A DNA stretch of 62,822 nucleotides, counting the filler. It is 6 parts of 6 records of this genome, joined end to end, with 100 filler letters (N's around TTAATTAATTAA, not from the genome) between each part and the next. Parts side by side here need not be neighbours in the genome. Positions count along the whole stretch, not along the records: positions 35,059 to 38,734 come from SRR20825015_387; positions 38,835 to 59,980 come from SRR20825015_388; 4 more parts are not named here. One strand, written 5' to 3'. Position 1 is the first letter of the stretch. Every line of letters begins with the position of its first letter. A model generated the notes under the pieces. The model ran no database searches. It worked only from the letters and a program-made list of their open reading frames with translations, and was not told where the DNA came from. This document shows positions 36,890 to 48,400 of this stretch, piece after piece. A program made the translations under genes and the position numbers.

Positions 36890-37636
36890 CTAATTCTGCG
36901 GCTTGATAAACACCGCTGTACCGATCTCTGCCCCGAACGCCTGATCGGCACGTCCACAGTTTACGGCAACCTCACAAAGTCCGATTGAATTTCGGTAATG
37001 AAAGCCCTGCCCCAGCGCGACATCGGAGAATGTCCGGGCAGGCGAAAGAGACTGTCCGTTGATCAAAAGCTTCAGATTGCGGTTCTGCCACCCCGGTGCG
37101 GCAAGAAGACCGGTCATCAGATTGCCATAGCTGTCGATATAAATGATTTCTGAAAGCTCATCCGGCCAGCTCTGGGGCGGGACATAACGCAACCCGACAT
37201 CGATATCGCCAAGTGCCACCGGTTCACCCTTGGCAATCATGCAGGCCACCGGGGCGAAAATATCGCGCCCGTGAAAGCTTGCCGATGCATTTTCGGGATG
37301 CCAGTTGATCACTCTCACCCGGCATGTTTTCGACCACCGGATCAGTATTTCGAACAATCCGTTGTCGGGACCGACGTAAAAAACGCCGCCGCATTCAACA
37401 ACAATGCCGCGACGCTGGCTGCCGACACCCGGATCAACGACGCAAAGCACGACATCACCCGGTTGAAATTCGCGCGACAATGCGGCCAGAAGATAGGCTG
37501 ATGCACGAGGATTGCGATCCGGCGCATCGACCATCAGATCGCAAACCGTAATGTCGGGGGCATTACGATGAACAACCGCACGCATCGCCCCACTATAAGG
37601 GCCGATTACGCCAAAATCGCTGAAAATCAGGATCAT
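36890..37636 (-). CDS. SAM hydroxide adenosyltransferase / chlorinase-fluorinase family (DUF62)
   Basis: SDFG, VVDPGVGS, GPDNG, FHGRDIFAP, YIDSYGN motifs. Confidence 0.92.
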   Translation of the reverse strand: MILIFSDFGVIGPYSGAMRAVVHRNAPDITVCDLMVDAPDRNPRASAYLLAALSREFQPGDVVLCVVDPGVGSQRRGIVVECGGVFYVGPDNGLFEILIRWSKTCRVRVINWHPENASASFHGRDIFAPVACMIAKGEPVALGDIDVGLRYVPPQSWPDELSEIIYIDSYGNLMTGLLAAPGWQNRNLKLLINGQSLSPARTFSDVALGQGFHYRNSIGLCEVAVNCGRADQAFGAEIGTAVFIKPQN

Positions 37637-37698
37637 GTCGGACATCCGGATCGTCGGCAAACCTGCCTGATTTCAGTCAGGTTGCACGCAAAGCGCTG

Positions 37699-38734
37699 TT
37701 ACTTGACCTCGCAGAACTGACCGCGACGTTTAAGCTCAGCACAGATTGCACTGGCAGAACTGTCACTAAGCCCGGTCGCCATCAAACGGAAATAGGTCCC
37801 CTTGCCAGGAATGTTTGCCTGCGTGACACCGTGCTGAAGTGGCGCAAGCTCGGCATAACGTTGTGTCAGGATTTGCCAACCGCGTTCGGCCTGTGCCTGA
37901 TTGCGATAAGATGCCAGATGAAGGCTTTTGCCCCCGGCTGTTGCAGCAACCGGATTTGCCGTCCCCATGGTCGGGGCCGCTGCCATTTCGCTACCCGACT
38001 GAACCGCACGGCTTTCGCCGGTGGCGACACGACGAACAGGCTCGCCCGCGCTTAAGGTCGTTACATTGGCCTTTGCCGGTTCGACAATGGCGGCTTCGAT
38101 TGCATCACGCTCTCGTTTGAATTCGTCGGGCGTCACCAATTTCATCTGCGAAAAATCTTCGATACGCGCGATCTGGCGTGCGGCATCCATCAAGCCTTGT
38201 GGTGCCGGCGGCGGGGTTGCGCGCTGGCGCGGTTGGGCCGGTAAAAGCGCATCCAGAATAGCGGTACGTTCATTGACATGTTCCTGCACCGTGATCGCCC
38301 CGATCTGAAGGGCACGGTTCAACTGGTTCAGGCGCTGCTCGATTTGCGTGCTGTCCGGTGGCGGATTATCCAGAAATGCCGCCGGTGCTGACTGGCTCAT
38401 GGGCAGCAATGCCCCCAGATTGGCAGACCGGCGCGCTGAAAATTCCTCCGGCGTGACAAGGCCAGCGGCCTGTAAATCACGCAGAATCGCAAACCGCTTT
38501 GCGATGGCTTCGTCACCGGTGCTCAATGCTGCACCGGCAGGCATATCGGCACTTCGCGCACGCGGTTGACTGCTGGCGACCATCGGGGGTGCGACCATGG
38601 CATTCGACGGTGCCATGACGGATTGATTTGCCGTCCCCAACCCGGCCGGAGCCGTCGCAATCTGGTCATTGATGCTAAGCGATCCCGGAAGACCGCGCTG
38701 CAAACGCATCAGGTTGAATTCAGCCGCATCGCGC
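37699..38734 (-). CDS. SPOR domain protein (C-terminal part)
   Basis: LHLASYR...A..GW..L and GTYFRL..CAELK..GQFC. SHOCT-like LVTPEEF repeats. Confidence 0.85.
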
Positions 38735-38834
38735 NNNNNNNNNNNNNNNNNNNNNNNNNNNNNNNNNNNNNNNNNNNNTTAATTAATTAANNNNNNNNNN
38801 NNNNNNNNNNNNNNNNNNNNNNNNNNNNNNNNNN
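38735..38834. other. Artificial contig spacer
   Basis: N run with TTAATTAATTAA. Confidence 0.97.
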
Positions 38835-38864
38835 CCGACGAGCTACCTACTGCTCTACCCCGCG
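38835..38864 (-). tRNA. Initiator tRNA-fMet 5' part, truncated
   Basis: Reverse complement CGCGGGGTAGAGCAGTAGGTAGCTCGTCGG. Bacteroidota -7 element TATATTTG upstream at 38875-82. Confidence 0.8.
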
Positions 38865-38978
38865 ATGTGGACGGCAAATATACAACCCTTTTTTTATCAT
38901 TTCCAAACTTAAACCTAATATTCCTTTTTACTTAACGTCTATCCCGCTCAAAATCCATAAATTGGCCGTTTTTACCTT

Positions 38979-40343
38979 ATGGACGCAATCAACGATTTTA
39001 TATCTTCACTTTTGCCATATACCGAGTGGCCTATGTTCATTCTGCTTATTGGTGGCGGGCTCTTTCTGGCTTTTTACTCCAAATTTGCACCCTTCCGCCA
39101 TTTTGGTCATGCCATTGCCGTGGTCTCGGGAAAGTACGATGACAAGAATGCAAAAGGAGATGTAAGTTCGTTTCAAGCATTATCGGCAGCAGTAGCGGCA
39201 ACGGTAGGATTGGGAAACATATCAGGAGTGGCCATTGCCATTCATGATGGTGGACCGGGCGTTGTCTTCTGGATTTGGATGACCGCACTCTTGGGCATGG
39301 GCATCAAATTTTATTCAGGGAGCTTGGCCATTATGTACCGTGGAACAGATTCTGATGGACATATGCAAGGAGGGCCCATGTTTTATATTACACAAGGAAT
39401 GGGGAAATGGGCAAAACCCATGGCCATATTTTTTAGTATTTGTGGATTGTTTGGTTTTTTGGGGGTGTTTACAGCCAATCAATTTACCGAGGCCTTTATG
39501 GGGGTAGTGCAACCGCACGAGACCCTTTTGGCCACTAGTGAATACAATTGGAAATTGGGAATAGGCTTTTTTCTGGCTATCATCACATCTATCGTAATTT
39601 TTGGCGGACTGAACAAAATTGCCAAAGTAGCTTCTGCCATTGTGCCTTTTATGGTGGGAATTTATCTGTTGGCGGTCATTTTTGTGATGGCTAGCCATGC
39701 AGGGGAAGTTTGGCCTGCCCTTAAAATGATTTTGGTCGAAGCATGGAACTTCGATACCGCCGTTACCGGCGGATTCTGGGGCCTCGTAATCGTGGGAGTC
39801 CGTAGGGCCATGTTCTCCAACGAAGCAGGTTTGGGTAGTGCACCCATGTACCACGGGCAGTCCCGAAACGACGAACCCGCAAAAGAAGGCCTCGTTGCCA
39901 TGTTGGGTCCATTTATAGATACCATTTTAGTATGTACCTTTACCGCGGTGGTCATTATTTTGAGTGGAGCCTATCTTGAGGATGGCAGTGGGATAACCAT
40001 GACGATGTCCGCCTTTGAAACGACGTTGTACGGAATCGGGGATGTGCTCTTGATGGTTATCGTAGCAGCTTTTGCATTGTCGACCCTATTTACGTATTCG
40101 TATTATGGTGTGAAAAGTTTGTCATTTTTGACGAATGCCAAAATCGGAAAGTGGTACAATGTATTTTTTATAGTGATGATTGTTTTTGCCGCAGTGGCAT
40201 CATTGAAATTGGTAAAAAACTTGATTGACCTATCATATGCATTGATGGTCATTCCAAATATGATCGCTGTGTTGTACCTTTCACCAAAGGTGAACGCAGC
40301 ATCCAAACAATATTTTGAAAAAAGAAAGAACGGTGGCGCATAA
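38979..40343 (+). CDS. Alanine/glycine:cation symporter (AGCS family)
   Basis: SSFQAL, VGLGNISGVA, GGPGVVFWIW, FSNEAGLGS motifs. Confidence 0.93.
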   Translation: MDAINDFISSLLPYTEWPMFILLIGGGLFLAFYSKFAPFRHFGHAIAVVSGKYDDKNAKGDVSSFQALSAAVAATVGLGNISGVAIAIHDGGPGVVFWIWMTALLGMGIKFYSGSLAIMYRGTDSDGHMQGGPMFYITQGMGKWAKPMAIFFSICGLFGFLGVFTANQFTEAFMGVVQPHETLLATSEYNWKLGIGFFLAIITSIVIFGGLNKIAKVASAIVPFMVGIYLLAVIFVMASHAGEVWPALKMILVEAWNFDTAVTGGFWGLVIVGVRRAMFSNEAGLGSAPMYHGQSRNDEPAKEGLVAMLGPFIDTILVCTFTAVVIILSGAYLEDGSGITMTMSAFETTLYGIGDVLLMVIVAAFALSTLFTYSYYGVKSLSFLTNAKIGKWYNVFFIVMIVFAAVASLKLVKNLIDLSYALMVIPNMIAVLYLSPKVNAASKQYFEKRKNGGA

Positions 40344-41214
40344 AGCAGGATTTGTAAATATTATAGGGAACCCCAATGTGGGCAAGTCAACATTGATGAA
40401 TGCCTTTGTTGGGGAGAAACTGTCCATTATCACCTCCAAGGCTCAGACCACCCGTCATCGTATTTTGGGGATTGTCAACGGAGATGATTTCCAAGTGATT
40501 TTGTCCGATACCCCAGGCATCATCAAACCGGCCTATGAGCTGCAAACCTCCATGATGGATTTCGTTAAATCCGCCTTTGAGGATGCTGATGTGCTGCTCT
40601 ATATGGTTGAAATAGGAGAGAAAGCGCTCAAAGACGAAAATTTCTTCAAAAAATTGCAGAACAGCAAAATCCCAGTCTTGCTCCTTCTCAACAAAATTGA
40701 TAAATCCGACCAACAAATATTGGAAGAGCAGATGCAGTATTGGCAGGAACAATTGCCCAGCGCAGAAATTCATCCCATATCCGCTTTGGAAAACTTTAAT
40801 GTTACCGAAGTATTCAATCGTATTTTGGAACTTTTGCCCGAAGCACCGCCGTATTATCCCAAGGATCAAATGACGGACAAACCAGAGCGTTTTTTCGTGA
40901 ACGAGACCATCCGTGAGAAAATCTTACTTCACTATAAAAAGGAGATTCCCTATTCAGTAGAGGTGGAGACCGAGGAGTTTTTGGAAGATGAAGATATTAT
41001 CCGAATCCGTTCAGTAATTATGGTGGAACGTGATACCCAAAAAGGAATTATTATCGGGCATAAGGGTGCCGCCATTAAAAAAGTAGGGGTGGAAGCCAGA
41101 AAAGACCTCGAAAAGTTTTTTGCCAAACAAGTTCATATCGAACTATATGTAAAAGTGAACAAGAACTGGCGAAGCAGCTCCCAGCAGCTTAAGAGATTTG
41201 GGTACAATGGCTAG
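40333..41214 (+). CDS. era: GTPase Era
   Basis: GNPNVGKSTL, QTTR, DTPG, NKID, KH motif IIIGHKG. Confidence 0.97.
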   Translation: MAHKAGFVNIIGNPNVGKSTLMNAFVGEKLSIITSKAQTTRHRILGIVNGDDFQVILSDTPGIIKPAYELQTSMMDFVKSAFEDADVLLYMVEIGEKALKDENFFKKLQNSKIPVLLLLNKIDKSDQQILEEQMQYWQEQLPSAEIHPISALENFNVTEVFNRILELLPEAPPYYPKDQMTDKPERFFVNETIREKILLHYKKEIPYSVEVETEEFLEDEDIIRIRSVIMVERDTQKGIIIGHKGAAIKKVGVEARKDLEKFFAKQVHIELYVKVNKNWRSSSQQLKRFGYNG

Positions 41215-41726
41215 GCATGGCTATTGATTCGTTCAAAAGGGGCGATGGTATTCCGGACAAATTGTTTCAACTGCTCCATTTGGTCTTTTCCTTTCGATTT
41301 TCCCAAACGGCCGAAGGCATAGAGGGCAAACCAAATCACTACTAATAAGAACATGCCCACCAACCAGAAGGTAACATCCTTGTCCAAAGAATAATTGGAA
41401 TAGGCAAAAATTCCCATGATGATAAAAATGGTGCCTACACCAAAATGCAGGAACATAAAAAAGGTCCAAAGCGTGGGATTGGGGCCAAAAACGCCACGAA
41501 TATTGCTGACACCTTCCTCGAACGACGACAGTTCCAAATGAAGTTGGGGTGTCCAAAAGGTAGTTTCCGCCTTTCTGAACTTGACAAAAATATGTTCATC
41601 CAGTCTTTTGATCAATAAGGAATCAGCTGAAGCCGCATCAAAAATAGATTCCAATTGTTCTAAATTTACTCTTAGGGACACGCGAAAACGGGGCCGTAAA
41701 ACTATCTCGTTGGTCAAGTCGCTCAT
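41211..41726 (-). CDS. Hypothetical membrane protein
   Basis: LRPRF, FWTPQLHLE, GVFGPNP and two TM helices. Confidence 0.75.
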   Translation of the reverse strand: MSDLTNEIVLRPRFRVSLRVNLEQLESIFDAASADSLLIKRLDEHIFVKFRKAETTFWTPQLHLELSSFEEGVSNIRGVFGPNPTLWTFFMFLHFGVGTIFIIMGIFAYSNYSLDKDVTFWLVGMFLLVVIWFALYAFGRLGKSKGKDQMEQLKQFVRNTIAPFERINSHA

Positions 41727-41802
41727 AATCATTTGAAAATGATGAAAAAAGGTATCATTTTTTCTTCATAATAAATGGTACTTTTGCCAAAAATTAAACC
41801 TG

Positions 41803-43104
41803 ATGGGAGCTATTGTAGCCATTGTAGGAAGACCCAATGTTGGGAAGTCCACTTTTTTCAACCGACTTATTCAACGCCGTGAGGCGATTGTGGACGCCGT
41901 AAGCGGTGTAACACGCGACCGTCATTACGGCAAAAGTGACTGGAACGGCAAAGAGTTTTCCGTGATCGATACCGGTGGTTACGTCTTGGGCAGCGACGAT
42001 GTTTTCGAAAAGGAAATCGATAAACAAGTAGAGTTGGCCATTGATGAGGCCGACGCCATCATTTTTATGGTGGACGTGGAGTCCGGCGTAACCGGAATGG
42101 ATGAAGATGTGGCCAAGCTCCTTCGCAGGGTGGACAAACCCACATTTTTGGCAGTAAATAAGGTGGACAATACGCAACGTATGGCCGATGCCGTAGAGTT
42201 CTATTCTTTGGGATTGGGTGAATATTATACCCTTTCTAGTATCAACGGTAGTGGTACCGGGGAATTATTGGATGCCCTTGTTGAGGTATTGCCCGATGAA
42301 AAGGAAGAAGAAAGCGAGCTCCCTCGCTTTGCGGTAGTGGGAAGACCCAATGCAGGTAAGTCATCCTTTATCAATGCGTTGATAGGTGAGGATAGATACA
42401 TTGTGACCGATATTGCTGGTACTACCCGCGATAGTATCGATACCAAATACAATCGTTTTGGATTTGAGTTTAATTTGGTGGACACGGCCGGTATCCGAAG
42501 AAAGTCCAAAGTAAAGGAAGACTTGGAGTTTTACTCTGTAATGCGTTCCGTGAGGGCCATTGAATACTGTGATGTATGTATTTTGATGATGGATGCCACC
42601 AGAGGTTTTGATGGGCAAGTACAGAACATATTTTGGCTCGCTCAGCGCAATAATAAAGGTATCGTGATCTTGGTGAACAAATGGGACCTAGTGGAAAAAG
42701 AGACCAATAGCGTAAAGGAATACACAAAGGCCATTCACGAAATAATTTCACCATTTGAAGATGTTCCTATTCTTTTTATCTCGGTGTTGAACAAGCAGCG
42801 AATCTATAAGGCCATTGAAACTGCGGTGGATGTTTATAAAAACCGTTCCAAAAAAATACCAACGCGTAAATTGAACGATATCATGCTTCCCATTATTGAA
42901 AAAACGCCGCCGCCGGCGACTAAGGGGAAGTACGTAAAAATCAAATTCTGCACGCAATTGCCTACACCATATCCGCAATTTGCCTTTTTCTGCAACCTGC
43001 CGCAATATGTAAAGGATCCCTATAAACGATTTTTGGAGAACAAAATCAGGGAGAATTTCGATTTTACCGGTGTTCCGATGACCATTTTTATGCGGAAGAA
43101 ATAA
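41803..43104 (+). CDS. der: Ribosome biogenesis GTPase Der
   Basis: Two G domains ([16 protein letters not shown]) plus KH-like C-terminus. Confidence 0.97.
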   Translation: MGAIVAIVGRPNVGKSTFFNRLIQRREAIVDAVSGVTRDRHYGKSDWNGKEFSVIDTGGYVLGSDDVFEKEIDKQVELAIDEADAIIFMVDVESGVTGMDEDVAKLLRRVDKPTFLAVNKVDNTQRMADAVEFYSLGLGEYYTLSSINGSGTGELLDALVEVLPDEKEEESELPRFAVVGRPNAGKSSFINALIGEDRYIVTDIAGTTRDSIDTKYNRFGFEFNLVDTAGIRRKSKVKEDLEFYSVMRSVRAIEYCDVCILMMDATRGFDGQVQNIFWLAQRNNKGIVILVNKWDLVEKETNSVKEYTKAIHEIISPFEDVPILFISVLNKQRIYKAIETAVDVYKNRSKKIPTRKLNDIMLPIIEKTPPPATKGKYVKIKFCTQLPTPYPQFAFFCNLPQYVKDPYKRFLENKIRENFDFTGVPMTIFMRKK

Positions 43105-45477
43105 TTATTCGCCCGAAGCTGAGCGTACTTTCACCAATTGCTGAATTCGATTGCCCTGATTGTCCACGACTGTGAGCATATACTCACCGGCTTCGATGGG
43201 TAGAATCAGCTCATGGAAATTCTCTGTCTTGCCAATAAATAATTCATCCAAATACCAATAAATGATAGCGTTGGATTGTTGGTGTGCCAGTTTTAGAATG
43301 ATTTCCATACTTTTTTCGCCCAAATCCTTTGGGAGTAGCACGGTTTCATTTCTTTTAGGGTAGATGAATTCCATTAAATTATTTTCCAATGCAGAACAAC
43401 CTTCCAAATAAGGCGGTAGAGGTTTGTAATTTGGATTCGAAGAAGCGTAATAATATTCCAAAATAGGAGGGAGCACCAACCAATTCTTGGCGACCATATT
43501 TTCCAGAGGGTAACATTCGGAGTTTACTCTATACTGTTCCGAAGCATCTAAAAAAACCTGCTGATGATAGGGGCACGGACCACTTCGTGTTCCGTGTGTA
43601 GGCACCCATTCTTTTTTAACATCATCACAATAAACGGACGCACGATATCCACTTTGAACACAAATCTCCAACTCCACAAGGTCATCAAATGGTTCTTTAA
43701 ACCATCCGCTTTGTGGCAATGCATCAAGTACATCAAATAGTAAGGGAGCTGCGGCGGTGATGCCGGTAAGCCCGGGTCTGCCCTCGCCATCGGCATTGCC
43801 CGCCCAAACTCCAATGGCATATTTTGGCGTTACCCCAATGGCCCAAGCATCCTTAAAACCAAAACTGGTACCAGTTTTCCATGCAATGGGCTGCGAGGAA
43901 TCAAAAAACTGCCAATTTTCGTCACCTTCAGGTCTGTTGACCTCGTACATGGACTGAAATGTGCTGTAAATGGAACCTGCTCCAAAAACCAAAGGGTCAA
44001 ATTGTTCGTTGCCGAAGTTCTTCGTCTCGTTTTGTAAATACGTAGCTTCTGTAAACTCTTTATTGCGGTACGTGCTGGAATGGGTCAAAAAATAATTCAG
44101 ACTGGAAGCTGTAGAGGCATAGGTCGAAGTCACTTCCCAAAGGGAACTTTCCGCACCACCAAGAATCAAGGATAGCCCATAATAGGAAGCGGGTTTGTCC
44201 AACGGTTCCATCTTCATTTTGTGGAGTTTGTTATAGAACTTTTGAAGTCCATATTCCCGTAGCAAGCGGACAGCAGGGACATTCAACGAGCGGGATAATG
44301 CTTTGCTTGCAGGTACAGCCCCCACGTGTTTCAAATCAAAGTTTTGGGGATTGTATCCGTTGATTACCGTTGGAACATCCTCCACTAAGCTATGGGGCAG
44401 CAATTGACCTTCATCCAACAAAGAAGCGAACAGAAAGGGCTTCAAGGTGCTTCCAGTGCTTCTTTTTTTGGTAATGATGTCGACATAGTTGGCGTGTGTT
44501 TCATCCGAAGGAGAATTCCCTACATATCCCAAAACTTTTCGGGTTTCCACATCAAGCACTAAAATGGCCAAGTTGTGTATTTCGTTGCCCTGCAATTGCC
44601 GATAATGTCGTTCTGCCAAAAGATTCAATCGTTGCTGTAAGGGTCTTTGAATCGAAGTGGTCACACGTTCGCCCGGATGCTCATTTCGGATACGCTCGGT
44701 AAGATGAGGTGCCACATCGGGCAGGGGAAAAGGTTTTTGCGGAAGCGGTTCTGCTATGGCCAATTCGTAGGTGGTTTCATCAATGACTCCTTTCTCCCAT
44801 AATTTTTTCAATAATCGGTTTCGCTTGTCCAAAAAGGCCTGTTCGTTTCGTCCCGGGAAAATAAGTGCCGGGGCATTGGGCAAAACGGCCAAGGCAGCAG
44901 ATTGCCCCCAGCTCAGTTCATGGGCAGGAATCCCAAAGTAACGCCAAGCTGCCGTTTCCAATCCCACTACATTGCCCCCGTAAGGTGTGTGGGAGGCATA
45001 AAGTTTCAAAATTTCTTCTTTGGAGTAACGTAGCTCCAATCGAGTGGCCATAAATATTTCGATGATTTTTTCCCAATACGTTCTGCTTTGATTTTTACGG
45101 CTGAGGCGGATAACCTGTTGTGTGATGGTACTTCCGCCTCTTCGCGTTTCTTTGGTTAGATTGTGTCCGATGGCTTTAATAATGGAAATGGGGTTGAAGC
45201 CGGGGTGCTGATAAAAATACTCATCTTCAAAAAGTAAAATACTCTGTCTGAAGCGTTCGGGAACAGAATCAATCTGAGGAAACCGCCATTGGCCATCATC
45301 GGCAATACGTGCCCCGATGAGCGAACCCTCCGAACTGTCAACAACTGTTGATGTTGGGGCTTCGAACAGATTTTTGGGCAGGCAAAACAACCATAAAATC
45401 AGAGTAATGAAAAATACACCAAACGTGATTTTATGGTTGGCAATATATTTTTTTACAGGCGAAAAAAACTCAAACAT
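43105..45477 (-). CDS. pbpC: Penicillin-binding protein 1C
   Basis: Transglycosylase (FEDEYF, GGSTITQQ), STLK, SLN, KTGT motifs. Adjacent to alpha-2-macroglobulin. Confidence 0.95.
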   Translation of the reverse strand: MFEFFSPVKKYIANHKITFGVFFITLILWLFCLPKNLFEAPTSTVVDSSEGSLIGARIADDGQWRFPQIDSVPERFRQSILLFEDEYFYQHPGFNPISIIKAIGHNLTKETRRGGSTITQQVIRLSRKNQSRTYWEKIIEIFMATRLELRYSKEEILKLYASHTPYGGNVVGLETAAWRYFGIPAHELSWGQSAALAVLPNAPALIFPGRNEQAFLDKRNRLLKKLWEKGVIDETTYELAIAEPLPQKPFPLPDVAPHLTERIRNEHPGERVTTSIQRPLQQRLNLLAERHYRQLQGNEIHNLAILVLDVETRKVLGYVGNSPSDETHANYVDIITKKRSTGSTLKPFLFASLLDEGQLLPHSLVEDVPTVINGYNPQNFDLKHVGAVPASKALSRSLNVPAVRLLREYGLQKFYNKLHKMKMEPLDKPASYYGLSLILGGAESSLWEVTSTYASTASSLNYFLTHSSTYRNKEFTEATYLQNETKNFGNEQFDPLVFGAGSIYSTFQSMYEVNRPEGDENWQFFDSSQPIAWKTGTSFGFKDAWAIGVTPKYAIGVWAGNADGEGRPGLTGITAAAPLLFDVLDALPQSGWFKEPFDDLVELEICVQSGYRASVYCDDVKKEWVPTHGTRSGPCPYHQQVFLDASEQYRVNSECYPLENMVAKNWLVLPPILEYYYASSNPNYKPLPPYLEGCSALENNLMEFIYPKRNETVLLPKDLGEKSMEIILKLAHQQSNAIIYWYLDELFIGKTENFHELILPIEAGEYMLTVVDNQGNRIQQLVKVRSASGE

Positions 45478-45486
45478 TCATTAACA

Positions 45487-48400
45487 TTACTGAACTATTT
45501 TTACCCATTGGCCTTTGTTTCGGGCTTGGTAGTTGTTGTCATACATCGCTTCGACTTGGGCCCCGGGCAAATAATAATCGCCCAAGAACGATGCATTCAA
45601 TTTGATGGTAAAGACTTTTGATTTTTTGGCGTCCAAATCAAAATATAGGTGCGTTCGGTCGTCCCGTGTATCCACATAATCCGCTTTGGACGCATTTTCA
45701 TTGTCCCCGCTTACAAAAGAGGTGTCCACGATTTCCCATCCGCTGGGTACGATATGGGTCAGTGCCACATTGTCAATATAATCATCGGAACTGTTGAAGA
45801 TGGTCACTTTTGCTTCAAATTCTGTTCCTTGTCTCAGTTCATTTATATTGACGGAATTGCCCAATGGATCTTGATAGTTCACGGACAACCTTAGGTTTTG
45901 CTGCTGTGTCAATTCCTCGCCGACCGGCAACTTTCCAGTTTGGGTAAGGGTCGCGTAAATGATGTTTCCTTGATTATTTTTCACTTCGATGTCTTCTTTG
46001 AACGAAGTGACGGAAAGTTCCCGCTGCGCTATGGCCCTGTCGGTTTTAACATTAATGTTTTTTCTATTATTGGTAAAAGTAAGGTCGATGGACCTTCCTC
46101 CATTCTTCATAACCATTTTGGACATTGCCAAGAGAGCAAAAGCTGTTTCTTGGGTGCTGTACCATTGCTGGGATGATAAATTTTTGGCCAAGGAAACGGC
46201 CAGTTCCCTTTGTTGCGTGTCGCCCAAAATCACCATAGTCTCTAAGGCCATTGCACGGTTTCGGAATACCGAACCATAGGTTCTGTAATTGTAGTTATTG
46301 GGTTTAAAGTTGATGTTTGCCTTTTGGGCGATGGCCTCAGCCACCTCTTTTTTCCCGACCAAGGCATAAGCAGCCGCCAATCTCCATTTGGCCTCGTTGC
46401 TGAGGTTTGCGGTTTCCCGTAAACGGTTCATTGCGGCCAGTTCGGGCTGTTGGGCCAAGGCCAAGGAGTACAAACGGTATGCTTGTGATACATCGTCGTT
46501 GTAGTAAGTACTTTGGTTGCTCCATTGGCGTGCGGCATTTTTCTGGTAGCGCAGCCAATTGCTCAAGAAGTTCAACGGTAATTGATACCCCTGCTGTTTG
46601 GCTTCCAGCATAAAATGACCTGCGTAGGAGGTTCCCCAATCATCCGCATTGCCATAACCGGGCCAGTAACTCAATCCCCCATTGGGAACTTGGAAATCGC
46701 CAAGTCGTTCAATGGCAGCTTTTATGTTTTTCTCAATCTCCTTCTTTTTATCAAAAGTGATGTCCAATACATCCGCCAAGAACAATTGAGGGAATGCTGC
46801 GGAAGTGGTTTGCTCCACGCATCCATGGGGATAGCGTAGCAGATAATCCATCCGTTTGGAAAAATCCATCGGCGGAAGTGTAGAGAACTCTATAAATGCT
46901 GTATTGGTTCCCGAAGTGCCAAAAGTTTCCATTGAGATGGTCTGTGACGCGTTGGGGTCGAGCGTGTACAATTCGCTTTTGGTGGTCACGGGATTCGGAT
47001 TTTCCACATCGATTTCTGTCTCGTTGGATGCGCTTTCGCCAGCGCCCGTAGCGATCACTTTTATGGTTTGAAATGATGATGTTGGATTGACTTTAAAATC
47101 AAAGTTGACGATTTGTTCCCCAACTGCATTGAACGTAATGCTCTTGGAAGTTCCATTAATGGGCTCCAATGCTTTTCCTGCATCAATATTGACCTTTACA
47201 TTTTTCACTTTGGGTTCCATGGCAAATACGGTAACCGGGATGGTCACGGTTTCGCCGGGTGATAATTTTCGAGGAATGGAGGTCAGTACCATCAAAGGTT
47301 TGCGTACAGGCGTAGTTTTTTCGGAATTGCCATAAGCGCTGTTCAGGTTCCCGGCAACTACCATGGTGCGTACGGAACCTACGTAGTTCGGCATATCGAT
47401 GGTGTGCGATGCTTTTTCGCCTGCCTTTAGGGTAAACGGACCCAGATACGTAACGACGGGTTTAAAACGTTGTGCCTTTCGGTTTTTGGCGCCAGCTCCA
47501 ATGCCACCACCTCCTATGGCGTAGATGTTATCCACACTTACGGAGTAGGCTCCCATCACATCATCAAAAATGTCAAAAGTCTTTACTCCCAAGGCCTGTC
47601 TGGCATAGAACGCACTGTGAATATCTGGAGTGGTAAAGCGTGTCAAGTCTAAAAGACCATCATCTACCACGGCCAACGAATAGGTCATTGGTTTTTTATT
47701 GGCCTCGGAAATGGTCACCTTGTACGATGTTTCCGGTTGCAGCACATCCGGCATGCTGATTTGCGGCTCCAAGAATGTGGCTGGATTTTCCACTAACAGC
47801 GGAACCACACCGTACAAACGAATGGGCAAATCGTTTTTAACCTGACTGTGTGGTTGCAACAAGGAAATGTTCACGTAGGCATTCGGAGCCATTTCTGCCG
47901 TAATCGGAATGGTGGCCCGAGTTTCTTTGGCTGAAGTTTCTATCCATTGTTGGGAGAGTACCTCTGTACCGTTTTCGATGCTAATTAAAGCGCGACCGCC
48001 TTTATCTGAAGGAAAAGTTACAGTCGCTTTTTCCCCAAGGGTATATTTTTCCTTATCGGTGGAGAAAATCAAAATTTTTGAGCTTTCGGCATCTGCAGAT
48101 GAAGGTCTTCGCCACCAATTACGATAAAAATAAGCCGTACGTCCCGTTGCATGACCGGAAACTTCATCAATCACACGGATGAGGTAACGTCCGCCTTGCT
48201 CATCGGGAACATTGATGTTGAAATTGGCCTTGCCCTCGCTTCCCGTAGTTACATTCATTTCTTTGAACGGTCGGTGCACGGTGGCATTTTCATATCGTGA
48301 TAAGTTATCGTAACCACGGTTCCACCACCAGCGCCATTCAATTTTGAACACTTGCACTTTTAATTTTCGGTTGCCCGATGGATTTCCTTGTGCATCCACG

